A DNA stretch of 33,477 bases from a virus (Duplodnaviria > Caudoviricetes): positions 1-33,477 of the IMG/VR virus record IMGVR_UViG_3300020042_005997; one strand, written 5' to 3'. The notes below the pieces were generated by a model that saw only the letters and a program-made list of their open reading frames with translations, was not told the DNA's origin and ran no database searches. The position numbers and the translations under genes are program-made. Below, piece by piece: positions 9,611 to 17,752 of the stretch; within the stretch, counting starts at the first letter, position 1; every line of letters starts with the position of its first letter.

Positions 9611-11705
9611 CATTGACGAAATAAAGCAACGCATTGGAGCAACTCAAATAGAGATGTCCAAATATGTGAAGATTGATCCCATTGAGAAAGAAGATAGAAA
9701 GGGATGGGTTAACTATGGAGAAGGTAATGCCTTCCCACAATACTTGATTGAACTTTACAATGAATCACCCATCCACGGATCAATTGTGAACTCAATAAGT
9801 CAAATGATTGCAGGTCAAGGAATACTTGGGGGTAATGATACCGCCAATGCGTATTTAAGTGGCCTTAAAATCGATTCAATCGTACCGCACATATCAAGAG
9901 ACCTCAAACTATTTGGAGGTTACTATTTGGAGGTCATTTGGTCAATGGATAGAACAACCATAGCGCAGGTTAACCACTTACCTTTTGAAAATTGCCGTTT
10001 AGCTTGTAGCGATGAGAATGATGATTTGATTGGTGTATGGTATTCGAGAGATTGGAGTGATATGAGGAAAAAGAAAAATACACCTCATTTCATTCCGATG
10101 TTTGACCAAGAAACAAAAGATGCATTGCCTAAGCAAGTCATTTTTGTACACACGTTAAAGATGGGTAGTGAATATTACCCGAAACCTGATTACATTGGCA
10201 GTGTTAACTACATTGAATTAACTCGCCAAATTGGAGAATACCACGTTAACAATATTCTAAACGGATTCTTTCCTTCATTGATTGCATCTTTCAACAATGG
10301 CATCCCATCTTTGGAAGAACAGCATTTAATTAAGAATCAGTTACAGATGTCCATTCAAGGTGCTGAAAATGCTGGTAAGGTATTGACATTTTTCAATGAG
10401 GAAAGAGATAGGGGAGTTGAGTTCACAGCATTTCCAATTAGCGATGCAGACAAACAATATCAGTTTTTAAGTGAGGAATGCACAAAGCAAATTATGATTG
10501 CACACCGTGTGACATCTCCTTTGTTATTTGGTGTAAGAGATGGCGGTGGATTGGGTTCAAATACCGATGAAATGAGAACTGCTCTATTTATATTTCAGCG
10601 TCAAGTAATTGAACCATTCCAAAGACTTATTGAAGATGGAATTTCTATAATTTGTCAGGCATCCAATGTAGTTGCAACTCCAAAAATTATTTCAAATGAG
10701 ATTTTGGAAGTACAACCAGTTGAAGCGCAGCAATCAGCATTAAAAAAAAAAGTTGAGTTAGAAAGCTACGAGCCTACCGATGAGATGGCAGGTGAAGCTG
10801 AGTTAGGATTAAAGTGGAGAGAGGAATATGGCAGAGGTGGAACGGAAGTAGGAGTAGCACGTGCGAGAGATATCAGCAATAAGCGCAATTTGTCTTTTGA
10901 CACAGTGCAAAGAATGAATAGTTACTTTTCACGTCACGAAGTAGACAAAGAGGCAACTGGATGGAATCAAGGAGAGGATGGATTTCCAACTGCTGGTAGA
11001 ATAGCTTGGCAATTGTGGGGTGGAGACGCAGGAAGAGATTGGGCGAAGCGCATTGTAGAGCGTGTAAATATTGAGCAGTCAGCACACGAATTAGATGCCA
11101 TTGCAGAAGAACTTATCAAACTTGGCGAAGATGCAAACGAAGACTGGATTTTGATTGATGAATACGATGTTGACTATGATGAGGATGATGCAGAGAATGA
11201 AGCAATATCACACATCTTTGATGCAGTCGAAGTTCATCAAGTAAGCACTGGAACGGCAAGACCAAACGCAGTAAGTGACCAAGATGCTACTATCGATGAA
11301 CGTAAGTATTACACACGTTACAGATACAGCGGTAGAATCACAGATGTCACACGACCTTTTTGTACTAAAATGCTACAAGCTGACAAGCTATATCGCAAAG
11401 AAGATATAATGGCAATGAACAATAGGGCAGTTAACCCAGGATGGGGGCCAAATGGTGCTGATACTTATAGCTGTTGGTTGTATAAAGGTGGCGGTAATTG
11501 CCATCACATTTGGAAAAAGCAATTATACATAAGTGCTAAAGGATTTGGATTGGATTTGAATAGTCCAAATGTCCGCACTCAGGCTTGGACAAGAGCCGAG
11601 AAAGCTGGGTACAAAATTCGCAATAATTATTTGGTAGAAAAGAGACCTATTGATATGCCATACAATGGGTTTTTACCAACCAATCCACGTTTCGGTAACA
11701 AATAA
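9603..11705 (+). CDS. Portal protein with C-terminal extension (GGTEVG/WGGD module plus MuF-like Cys/His domain)
   Basis: First ~380 aa are portal-like (SPIHGSIV, YYPKPDY, NGFFPS, IMIAHRVTSPLLFG, VIEPFQ). The C-terminus has TRPFC...GGGNCHHIW. Start ATG 9603 preferred over 9588. Confidence 0.8.
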   Translation: MANIDEIKQRIGATQIEMSKYVKIDPIEKEDRKGWVNYGEGNAFPQYLIELYNESPIHGSIVNSISQMIAGQGILGGNDTANAYLSGLKIDSIVPHISRDLKLFGGYYLEVIWSMDRTTIAQVNHLPFENCRLACSDENDDLIGVWYSRDWSDMRKKKNTPHFIPMFDQETKDALPKQVIFVHTLKMGSEYYPKPDYIGSVNYIELTRQIGEYHVNNILNGFFPSLIASFNNGIPSLEEQHLIKNQLQMSIQGAENAGKVLTFFNEERDRGVEFTAFPISDADKQYQFLSEECTKQIMIAHRVTSPLLFGVRDGGGLGSNTDEMRTALFIFQRQVIEPFQRLIEDGISIICQASNVVATPKIISNEILEVQPVEAQQSALKKKVELESYEPTDEMAGEAELGLKWREEYGRGGTEVGVARARDISNKRNLSFDTVQRMNSYFSRHEVDKEATGWNQGEDGFPTAGRIAWQLWGGDAGRDWAKRIVERVNIEQSAHELDAIAEELIKLGEDANEDWILIDEYDVDYDEDDAENEAISHIFDAVEVHQVSTGTARPNAVSDQDATIDERKYYTRYRYSGRITDVTRPFCTKMLQADKLYRKEDIMAMNNRAVNPGWGPNGADTYSCWLYKGGGNCHHIWKKQLYISAKGFGLDLNSPNVRTQAWTRAEKAGYKIRNNYLVEKRPIDMPYNGFLPTNPRFGNK

Positions 11706-11716
11706 AAATTAAAGAA

Positions 11717-12292
11717 ATGCCAATACCACAAGAGATACTTTTAATCAACGAGGACTACATCAAGAAATTTACTCCATTAACCGATGCAGTTGATCCCAAT
11801 CTTATTAGACCTGCCATTTACTTGGCGCAGGATAAGTATTTGACCAACTTTTTGGGGACAAATTTGACGGTAAGATTGAAGGATGATGTAGCGAATTCTA
11901 CTTTGTCAGGTGACTATGAGACATTGCTCAATGAGTATGTCTTGAAGGTTGTGTTGTGGTGGACAATGGTTGAACTTTATCCATCATTATTGTACAAACA
12001 CGACAACGGTAACTTGGTGAGCAGACAAAGTGAGGATACCACTCCAGTAACTAAGTTCGAGATGGAATCACTCAAAGAAGCTGCACGTCAAAATGCGAGA
12101 TGGTATACAAAAAGAATGGTAGACTATTTGTGTTTTAATTCAACTTTATTTCCCGAGTACACGAACAACACAGACAACAACATCTTCCCTGACCGCAACC
12201 CATACGGAAAGAGCAATTTTCTCATATCTAATTCATTCAGACAATGCAGAACAAGAATCAATCTCCAAGACTTTCTCCCCCCATCGTATTGA
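11717..12292 (+). CDS. Head-tail adaptor/connector (putative)
   Basis: 191-aa helical protein directly after the portal (AQD.YL..FLGT.L motif). Confidence 0.55.
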   Translation: MPIPQEILLINEDYIKKFTPLTDAVDPNLIRPAIYLAQDKYLTNFLGTNLTVRLKDDVANSTLSGDYETLLNEYVLKVVLWWTMVELYPSLLYKHDNGNLVSRQSEDTTPVTKFEMESLKEAARQNARWYTKRMVDYLCFNSTLFPEYTNNTDNNIFPDRNPYGKSNFLISNSFRQCRTRINLQDFLPPSY

Positions 12293-12351
12293 AGCGAAGG
12301 GAATATGAAAAGTTATTGAAGCAGTATCTAAAAAAACAAGAGAAAAGATGA
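12244..12351 (+). CDS. Small basic protein, 35 aa (not in ORF track)
   Basis: MQNKNQSPRLSPPIVLKRREYEKLLKQYLKKQEKR; its stop overlaps the holin start as ATGA. Confidence 0.45.
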   Translation: MQNKNQSPRLSPPIVLKRREYEKLLKQYLKKQEKR

Positions 12352-12755
12352 AAGTAAAGTTGTGGCTATTGGGTATTGCAACGGTGTTTCTACCAATCAA
12401 AGAACTTATGATAACCATTGGTTTTTTGGTTGCGATGGATATGGTTGTTGGAATTTGGAAAGCTATTAAGTTAGGTCAGCGCATCCGTTCACGCAGAATG
12501 AGTGATACAATCACAAAATTGATGTTGTACCAAATTGCTATTGTGAGTGGATTCCTAATTGAGCAGTATGTGATTGAGCAACTTATCCCCATTACAAAGT
12601 TGATAGCTACCATAGTTGCAATCATTGAATTCAAGTCAATCATTGAAAGTATTGAGGCTGTTACTGGTAAAGATTTGTGGAGTAAGATAAAGGCAATCAT
12701 AGGTAGAAAGAGTGAAGATTTAACCGATGCAATGACAGATGGACAAGGTAAGTAA
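12348..12755 (+). CDS. Holin (Phage_holin_4_1-like)
   Basis: Several hydrophobic helices, DMVVGIWKA..I.SRR, EFKSIIES; directly upstream of the endolysin. Confidence 0.8.
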   Translation: MKVKLWLLGIATVFLPIKELMITIGFLVAMDMVVGIWKAIKLGQRIRSRRMSDTITKLMLYQIAIVSGFLIEQYVIEQLIPITKLIATIVAIIEFKSIIESIEAVTGKDLWSKIKAIIGRKSEDLTDAMTDGQGK

Positions 12756-13200
12756 GTACGTAAGCTATTTTGAGGTAACCCACAGCAATCAAGCGAAAGC
12801 GTTGAAGATTGGCAATGTACCAAACGCTGAACAATTGGCTAACTTAAAGCTCGTTTGCACCAATATATTCGATAAGGTGCGAGAGCATTTTGGAAAGCCA
12901 ATTGGAATCTCATCTGCCTACAGAAGCTATGAATTAAATCAACGTATAGGTGGTTCAAAAAGTTCACAGCATATGGAGGGAAAAGCGATTGATGTGGATG
13001 GCGATATTCACGGTGGCATAAATAACAAAGATTTATTTGACTGGATACGAAAGAATTGTATATTTGACCAACTGATTTGGGAATTTGGAAGTGAGAACGC
13101 ACCATCTTGGGTACACGTAAGTTACAACAAAGAAGGGAACAGAGGTCAAGTGTTACGTGCGGTCAAGAGTGGTGGTAGAACTGTTTACCAACCATTCTAA
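12739..13200 (+). CDS. Endolysin, peptidase M15 family
   Basis: ISSAYRS..LN..IGG...SQHMEGKAID and WVHVSY zinc-peptidase motifs. Confidence 0.9.
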   Translation: MDKVSKYVSYFEVTHSNQAKALKIGNVPNAEQLANLKLVCTNIFDKVREHFGKPIGISSAYRSYELNQRIGGSKSSQHMEGKAIDVDGDIHGGINNKDLFDWIRKNCIFDQLIWEFGSENAPSWVHVSYNKEGNRGQVLRAVKSGGRTVYQPF

Positions 13201-13209
13201 AAATAACAT

Positions 13210-14196
13210 ATGCCAGAAAGTCAAAAGACAAAAATCGCAAGAGAATTGCGTGAGCGTTTTCCCGACACACCAACTTTAACGTTGGCCAAGAAATTAAGCA
13301 AAGAACATTTTGAAACCTTCTTGGGTGTTGAAGATGCAAGAGATTCACTCCGTTATATTGAAGGGAAAAGAGGTAAACAAAAGCCGAAAGATAAATCTTT
13401 GGTAAGAGATAAAGAAAGACCTCGCAATCCTTTCAAGTTGCCAAAGTCATATGCTAAAATGAGAAAGCATATTGAGGTTAAAGGCAAAAAGATTTTAATC
13501 TTATCGGACATTCATATCCCATATCACGATATCGCTGCGTTATCCACCGCTATCCAGTGTGGCATTGACGAAGGAGTGGACACAGTTATATTAAATGGTG
13601 ATGCATTAGATTGTCACGAATTAAGCGACTTTGTAAAAGATCCAAAGAAAAGAAAATTCAAGGAGGAACTTTATGCAATGCGAACCTTTGTTTATGAGTT
13701 GCGTCAAACTTTTCCCAACGCTGAAATCATTTACAAGGAAGGCAACCACGAAGAACGTTACTGGAGATTTATGAGGGTTAAATCACCCGAACTTTTTGAT
13801 ATTGATGCATTTGATTTCGCAAGTCTTTGTCATTTGGATAAGTACGACATTAAATTTATTCAAGGTAAAAACAAAATAAATATCGGTGGATTGTCATTAT
13901 TTCACGGTCACGAATTCGGAAAGCAATTTATGCCATCTGTAAACGTTGCACGTGGGTTGTTCTTAAAGACAAAAGCAAACGCAATGTGCGGACATCATCA
14001 CCAAACTGCTGAACATACAGAAAGGGATATTAATGGGAAAGTGATAACGTGTTGGGGTGTAGCTTGTTTGAGTGAGTTGTCTCCGGACTATAACCCCTAT
14101 TCAAAATACAACCACGGATTTGCCATAATAACCAGAGGAAATGGAAAAGAATTTAACGTTAAAAATTATCGCATTAACTGCGGGGTTATTTATTAG
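13210..14196 (+). CDS. Calcineurin-like metallophosphoesterase with N-terminal extension
   Basis: SDIH, NGD..D, GNHE, HGH and GHHH motifs in canonical order. Confidence 0.88.
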   Translation: MPESQKTKIARELRERFPDTPTLTLAKKLSKEHFETFLGVEDARDSLRYIEGKRGKQKPKDKSLVRDKERPRNPFKLPKSYAKMRKHIEVKGKKILILSDIHIPYHDIAALSTAIQCGIDEGVDTVILNGDALDCHELSDFVKDPKKRKFKEELYAMRTFVYELRQTFPNAEIIYKEGNHEERYWRFMRVKSPELFDIDAFDFASLCHLDKYDIKFIQGKNKINIGGLSLFHGHEFGKQFMPSVNVARGLFLKTKANAMCGHHHQTAEHTERDINGKVITCWGVACLSELSPDYNPYSKYNHGFAIITRGNGKEFNVKNYRINCGVIY

Positions 14197-14449
14197 TTTT
14201 TACGCATGGAATTCTTGGAAAAATTCATGCAATAAAACTGAGGTACAATATGTACCCTACTCGGATACAATTGTTGTATTAAAAGCAAGAGTTGATACGC
14301 TGAAATTGGAACGCATTAAATTAAAGACGATATATGAAAAGGACATTGATACTATCTATCTTATGGATACTACTGCCATTGATAGCGCATACACAAAATC
14401 AATTCAGCGACTCATTGAATTGGAGAAAGCTGGATTCTTTACGAACTGA
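14141..14449 (+). CDS. Membrane-anchored protein, spanin-like candidate
   Basis: N-terminal TM helix then coiled coil; overlaps the next ORF at the end of the lysis region. Confidence 0.45.
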   Translation: MEKNLTLKIIALTAGLFISFYAWNSWKNSCNKTEVQYVPYSDTIVVLKARVDTLKLERIKLKTIYEKDIDTIYLMDTTAIDSAYTKSIQRLIELEKAGFFTN

Positions 14450-14708
14450 AAGACGATTGGTTGTGTTGGGTGTACGTTCACTTGATTACTATATTGAACT
14501 CAATTCTAATTTAAGTAAGGAGAATCAGTCACTAACTAAGATGAATGCGGTTAATGTGGCTTATATCGAACAATTAGAGGGATTAAATGAGGGATTAAGT
14601 GAGGAATTAAATGAGGGATTAAGAGCAAAAAAAAAGTGGCGCAATGCCACTCTTTTAATTGTTGGTGCTAATGTCCTTATTTTGACATCAATCTTTTTAA
14701 GTAGATAG
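14334..14708 (+). CDS. Signal-peptide/coiled-coil protein with C-terminal TM, spanin-like candidate
   Basis: MKRTLILSILWILLPLIAH signal-like start, coiled coil, hydrophobic C-terminus; 116-nt overlap with the previous ORF. Confidence 0.45.
   Translation: MKRTLILSILWILLPLIAHTQNQFSDSLNWRKLDSLRTERRLVVLGVRSLDYYIELNSNLSKENQSLTKMNAVNVAYIEQLEGLNEGLSEELNEGLRAKKKWRNATLLIVGANVLILTSIFLSR
14577..14624 (+). repeat. 12-bp tandem repeat x4
   Basis: gagggattaaat/gagggattaagt/gaggaattaaat/gagggattaaga, encoding EGLN-EGLS-EELN-EGLR. Confidence 0.85.
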
Positions 14709-14883
14709 CAAAATCAAGAGCCTCTTCATAAGCGTGTTGCATCCATTCCTTTTCGGATAGATTCGCCTTATCTACGGTTGTGCCGTACTTCATTCGCCCC
14801 ATTTTCTCCCTTGAGATTAGATCAGTGATGACCTCTTTGTAGACATCGGACTGGCAGTTATCAAAATCGTGGGTGATATTCAT
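14677..14883 (-). CDS. Small conserved phage protein (G..KYGTT / HAYEEALD motif)
   Basis: 68 aa, ATGA/ATAA-type overlap with the upstream gene; acidic helix reminiscent of all-alpha nucleotide pyrophosphatases (inference). Confidence 0.65.
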   Translation of the reverse strand: MNITHDFDNCQSDVYKEVITDLISREKMGRMKYGTTVDKANLSEKEWMQHAYEEALDFAIYLKRLMSK

Positions 14884-15230
14884 AATTTAACTTGCAATTT
14901 AGGTTGTGTTTCTTGTTGTGTGCGGATATATTCCGTTAGTTCGGGTAACATCCAGTATCCATATTCCGCCAAAACTGCTGTAAATTCAGACATTTGGCGA
15001 GTTATATCTGGCAGCAATGCACCATCCGCATCCCATAACGCGGTTATTGTCTTGCCGTGTTCACGTTGGATGGACTCATTTAAGCGTTTCAATAGCATTT
15101 TTGTTTGGTGGTTGTAAAACCATTTAATATCCTCACATTCGTCACCTGCGTAGATGGATGCCTGCAACCACATAAGTAGGTTTAACACCTTGATTTTTTC
15201 AAGTTCATCCTGAGTAATTTCCGTTTTCAT
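14880..15230 (-). CDS. Hypothetical protein
   Basis: Likely start MKTEITQ at 15230 after an A-rich leader; the longer track start overlaps another small gene. Confidence 0.65.
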   Translation of the reverse strand: MKTEITQDELEKIKVLNLLMWLQASIYAGDECEDIKWFYNHQTKMLLKRLNESIQREHGKTITALWDADGALLPDITRQMSEFTAVLAEYGYWMLPELTEYIRTQQETQPKLQVKL

Positions 15231-15231
15231 T

Positions 15232-15393
15232 TTATTTGTTTTTAGTTGTGTACCAATACATATCGCACTCATCATTTTTGATTGGAGGCTCAACAAAATA
15301 TGCTTGATAAAATTCATCTTCTTTTGCTGTGTATCTGTAGCAATTTTGCTTCATTGGGCAATTCGTGCCCTTACATTTTGTGATGTCTGCCAT
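15232..15393 (-). CDS. Small Cys-rich protein, 53 aa (not in ORF track)
   Basis: MADITKCKGTNCPMKQNCYRYTAKEDEFYQAYFVEPPIKNDECDMYWYTTKNK; fills the gap between TerL and the next gene. Confidence 0.7.
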   Translation of the reverse strand: MADITKCKGTNCPMKQNCYRYTAKEDEFYQAYFVEPPIKNDECDMYWYTTKNK

Positions 15394-15405
15394 AGTTCAA
15401 ATGTA

Positions 15406-16692
15406 TTAAGCGAATGCGTATTTACCAAAATTCTTTTTTAATTCATAGAATGCCCTCATCATAATTGCATCAGCAAAGTCGGGAGAGATTCCGTGCCTCT
15501 TTTTCAAATCTTCCTTATTGGTCACACGCAACTTTCCATCACTATCTATCTTTTCACGTCTAATCATCTCCAATTCTTTGACAATGGTGTCCTTGTAAGT
15601 TGACTCAAATGTGATTGCGTTACTGGATATCAATTCGCCAAGTTTGAAATAGCAGTCGCATTTCAAATTCATATAATTATCTCGCACCGCTTTTGATCCA
15701 TTAAGAAATCCTTTGCACCTAATAAAGTCAACCACTCCACCACCTATTCCATCCTCATCTACGAGTACGTTAGATAATCTTACGGAGTGATTTTTAATCA
15801 GGTCATTGATGGTATCCACAACCTCGTTAATAGGCTTGTGTTTTAAGACAACAAACTTTTCAGCGTGTAAGTTATTCCACACCACAATGACTGTCCTATC
15901 ATCTCCCATTCGTGCGATGTCGGCAGTAATAAACTTATCTCCCAATGTGGTTGAAGGTCTGAAGCATCGCAGTAAATCATCGTATTCGTAAAGTCTATCC
16001 TTTGTCTCGTCATAATCCCAATCCCCCTCAAGTAATCTTTTGCGGTCAATATCGGGAAGCATCTGCAATGATTCGATATACACGGGTGAAATGTGTGGGT
16101 TATCCGTTGGTAGAGCTTGAATGAATCTTCTATCCTTTCGGATTGAGCCATTACGCTGCGCATCAAAGAACTCTCTATACAACCATCCTTTGTGGGGATT
16201 GCAGGTGAGCAATCCTTTTGGATTGTCATTTATTAGCTTGTATCTCACACGTGAATTTAAGATATTGATACACTTTTCAGTTACCTCACTTGCCTCATCC
16301 ACAAAGTAGTCTGTAATTTCAAGCGAACCAAAGCGACCAAAGTCGGGATCACTTGGCATATCCGCCAAATCCATCAAGATTATTTGTGAGCCATTGTACC
16401 AATTGATTACGTGGTCTTGACCATTATAGGTGAAATGTTTTCCTGCAATGAGATTATACTTGGTGCAAAGTTCAAAGAACGTAGCGAGTGTGGATAGTCG
16501 CAACTTTTTAAGTTCAGCACGGCCTATTAAACCACGTGTACCCGGATACTTTAACCGTCTTTTAATTTGCCAATCACACCCAAGAAACGATTTTCCACTA
16601 CCTGCTGAACCGCCATACAATAATTGACGGCAATCATTATCAATTGCAAGATAGGAGAGAGCCTCTTTTTGCTTATCGTGGAATTGTATCAT
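15406..16692 (-). CDS. terL: Terminase large subunit
   Basis: Walker A GGSAGSGKS, Walker B FVDEASE, TCNP coupling motif, nuclease ADIARMGDD.T and SPDFADA. Confidence 0.93.
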   Translation of the reverse strand: MIQFHDKQKEALSYLAIDNDCRQLLYGGSAGSGKSFLGCDWQIKRRLKYPGTRGLIGRAELKKLRLSTLATFFELCTKYNLIAGKHFTYNGQDHVINWYNGSQIILMDLADMPSDPDFGRFGSLEITDYFVDEASEVTEKCINILNSRVRYKLINDNPKGLLTCNPHKGWLYREFFDAQRNGSIRKDRRFIQALPTDNPHISPVYIESLQMLPDIDRKRLLEGDWDYDETKDRLYEYDDLLRCFRPSTTLGDKFITADIARMGDDRTVIVVWNNLHAEKFVVLKHKPINEVVDTINDLIKNHSVRLSNVLVDEDGIGGGVVDFIRCKGFLNGSKAVRDNYMNLKCDCYFKLGELISSNAITFESTYKDTIVKELEMIRREKIDSDGKLRVTNKEDLKKRHGISPDFADAIMMRAFYELKKNFGKYAFA

Positions 16693-17752
16693 AGTGCATT
16701 TGGTTTATTACTTTGAAAATCTCATATGCTACTTGCGGCACTATTGCGTTACCATATCCTTTGATACTTTCTTTTCGCCACTTTGAAAAGGTAATTCCGT
16801 CCAATTGGTTGGGAATCCCATCATCTCCGCCACAAATCGGGGATTCAGTTGGGAAGGAGTGCCAGTTATTTTTTCTCCCTCTTGTTCCTGAGGTATTGGT
16901 AGCAATCCCTTGTCCATCATTCTCGTCAAAGTCATTGAGTGCATTGATCCCTCCTTCACTTGTGTTGACTTCATTGATGCACTTGCATTGGTGCTGTCGA
17001 AAGTTGTCGGAGTTGGTAGCATTCCCATTGCCGCCATTTGTTTCAATGGATTCTGTAAATTTACACCTTTTGCTGCGTGTCTTGCTTTCGCATTGTTCCA
17101 AGTTTCTTCCTTTCGTGGTGTATTGTAGTCGAATGCGTTCGGAGTTGGTAGCAGAATTCCCCCCTTGTATTTTGCAAGAGTCGTTAATGTTACATCTCCC
17201 CGATTCTCCACTTTGTCTATGACAGTTTTCATATTTCGCCGCTCTATTGATTCGCTTGCTCTCGGAGTTGGTAGCAATGAACCACACTCTATCTCTTCTG
17301 TGTGGCGCACCGACGGCACAAGCTGGCAATAGTATCGGTTGTACTTCGTACCCACTATTTTCCAAGTCAGCGCACACTTCTTCGAAGACCACTCCCCCGT
17401 TCCAATTAGTAAGTCCACGAACGTTTTCGCCCACAACGTAGGATGGCTCAATCTCTTGAATTGCTCTGAGCATATGCGGCCAGAGGTGTCGCTCATCCTC
17501 TTTCCCAAGTCTTTTACCTGCACTTGAGTAGGGTTGGCAGGGGAATCCACCGGTGAGGATGTCAATTGATCCTCGGTGAAGAGTGAAATCTGTTTTTGTG
17601 ATGTCTTCATAACTTAATGATTTTGGAAAATGATACTTTAATACTTGGCGTGGGAATGGCATCCATTCGCAATGAAAGATGTTATCCCATCCCATCCATT
17701 CGGCAGCTAAATCAAACCCACCTATTCCGCTAAATAATGAGCCGTGCGTCAT
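16673..17752 (-). CDS. DNA (cytosine-5) methyltransferase, main chain
   Basis: Motif I SLFSGIGG, IV GGFPCQ, VI ENV, VIII HRRDRVW, X GYGNAIVP; no recognisable motif IX in this frame. Confidence 0.92.
   Translation of the reverse strand: MTHGSLFSGIGGFDLAAEWMGWDNIFHCEWMPFPRQVLKYHFPKSLSYEDITKTDFTLHRGSIDILTGGFPCQPYSSAGKRLGKEDERHLWPHMLRAIQEIEPSYVVGENVRGLTNWNGGVVFEEVCADLENSGYEVQPILLPACAVGAPHRRDRVWFIATNSESKRINRAAKYENCHRQSGESGRCNINDSCKIQGGNSATNSERIRLQYTTKGRNLEQCESKTRSKRCKFTESIETNGGNGNATNSDNFRQHQCKCINEVNTSEGGINALNDFDENDGQGIATNTSGTRGRKNNWHSFPTESPICGGDDGIPNQLDGITFSKWRKESIKGYGNAIVPQVAYEIFKVINQMHYDTIPR
16741..17610 (-). CDS. Nested alternative-frame ORF, putative second (beta) chain of the C5-MTase
   Basis: 289-codon open frame inside the MTase, with four LP(T/I)P repeats and a motif IX-like QLNPRFVAEMMGFPTNWT; exact start uncertain. 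Confidence 0.7.
   Translation of the reverse strand: MKTSQKQISLFTEDQLTSSPVDSPANPTQVQVKDLGKRMSDTSGRICSEQFKRLSHPTLWAKTFVDLLIGTGEWSSKKCALTWKIVGTKYNRYYCQLVPSVRHTEEIECGSLLPTPRASESIERRNMKTVIDKVENRGDVTLTTLAKYKGGILLPTPNAFDYNTPRKEETWNNAKARHAAKGVNLQNPLKQMAAMGMLPTPTTFDSTNASASMKSTQVKEGSMHSMTLTRMMDKGLLPIPQEQEGEKITGTPSQLNPRFVAEMMGFPTNWTELPFQSGEKKVSKDMVTQ
16892..17276. repeat. Dispersed 15-bp repeats in the MTase variable region
   Basis: TCGGAGTTGGTAGCA at 17007, 17139 and 17262; degenerate copy GGTATTGGTAGCA at 16892. Confidence 0.85.

Noticed and set aside
14627-14635. A9 run as a programmed slippage site
   Set aside because: It encodes KKK just before a TM helix, consistent with a topology signal, and no useful alternative product was evident.
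16892-17276. CRISPR-like array (repeats with unique spacers)
   Set aside because: Repeats are only 15 bp, spacers exceed 100 bp, all lie within two open frames, and no cas genes are present.
16713-17527. Plus-strand ORFs antisense to the MTase (169 aa and others)
   Set aside because: Shadow frames of a doubly coding region; no recognisable motifs or start context.
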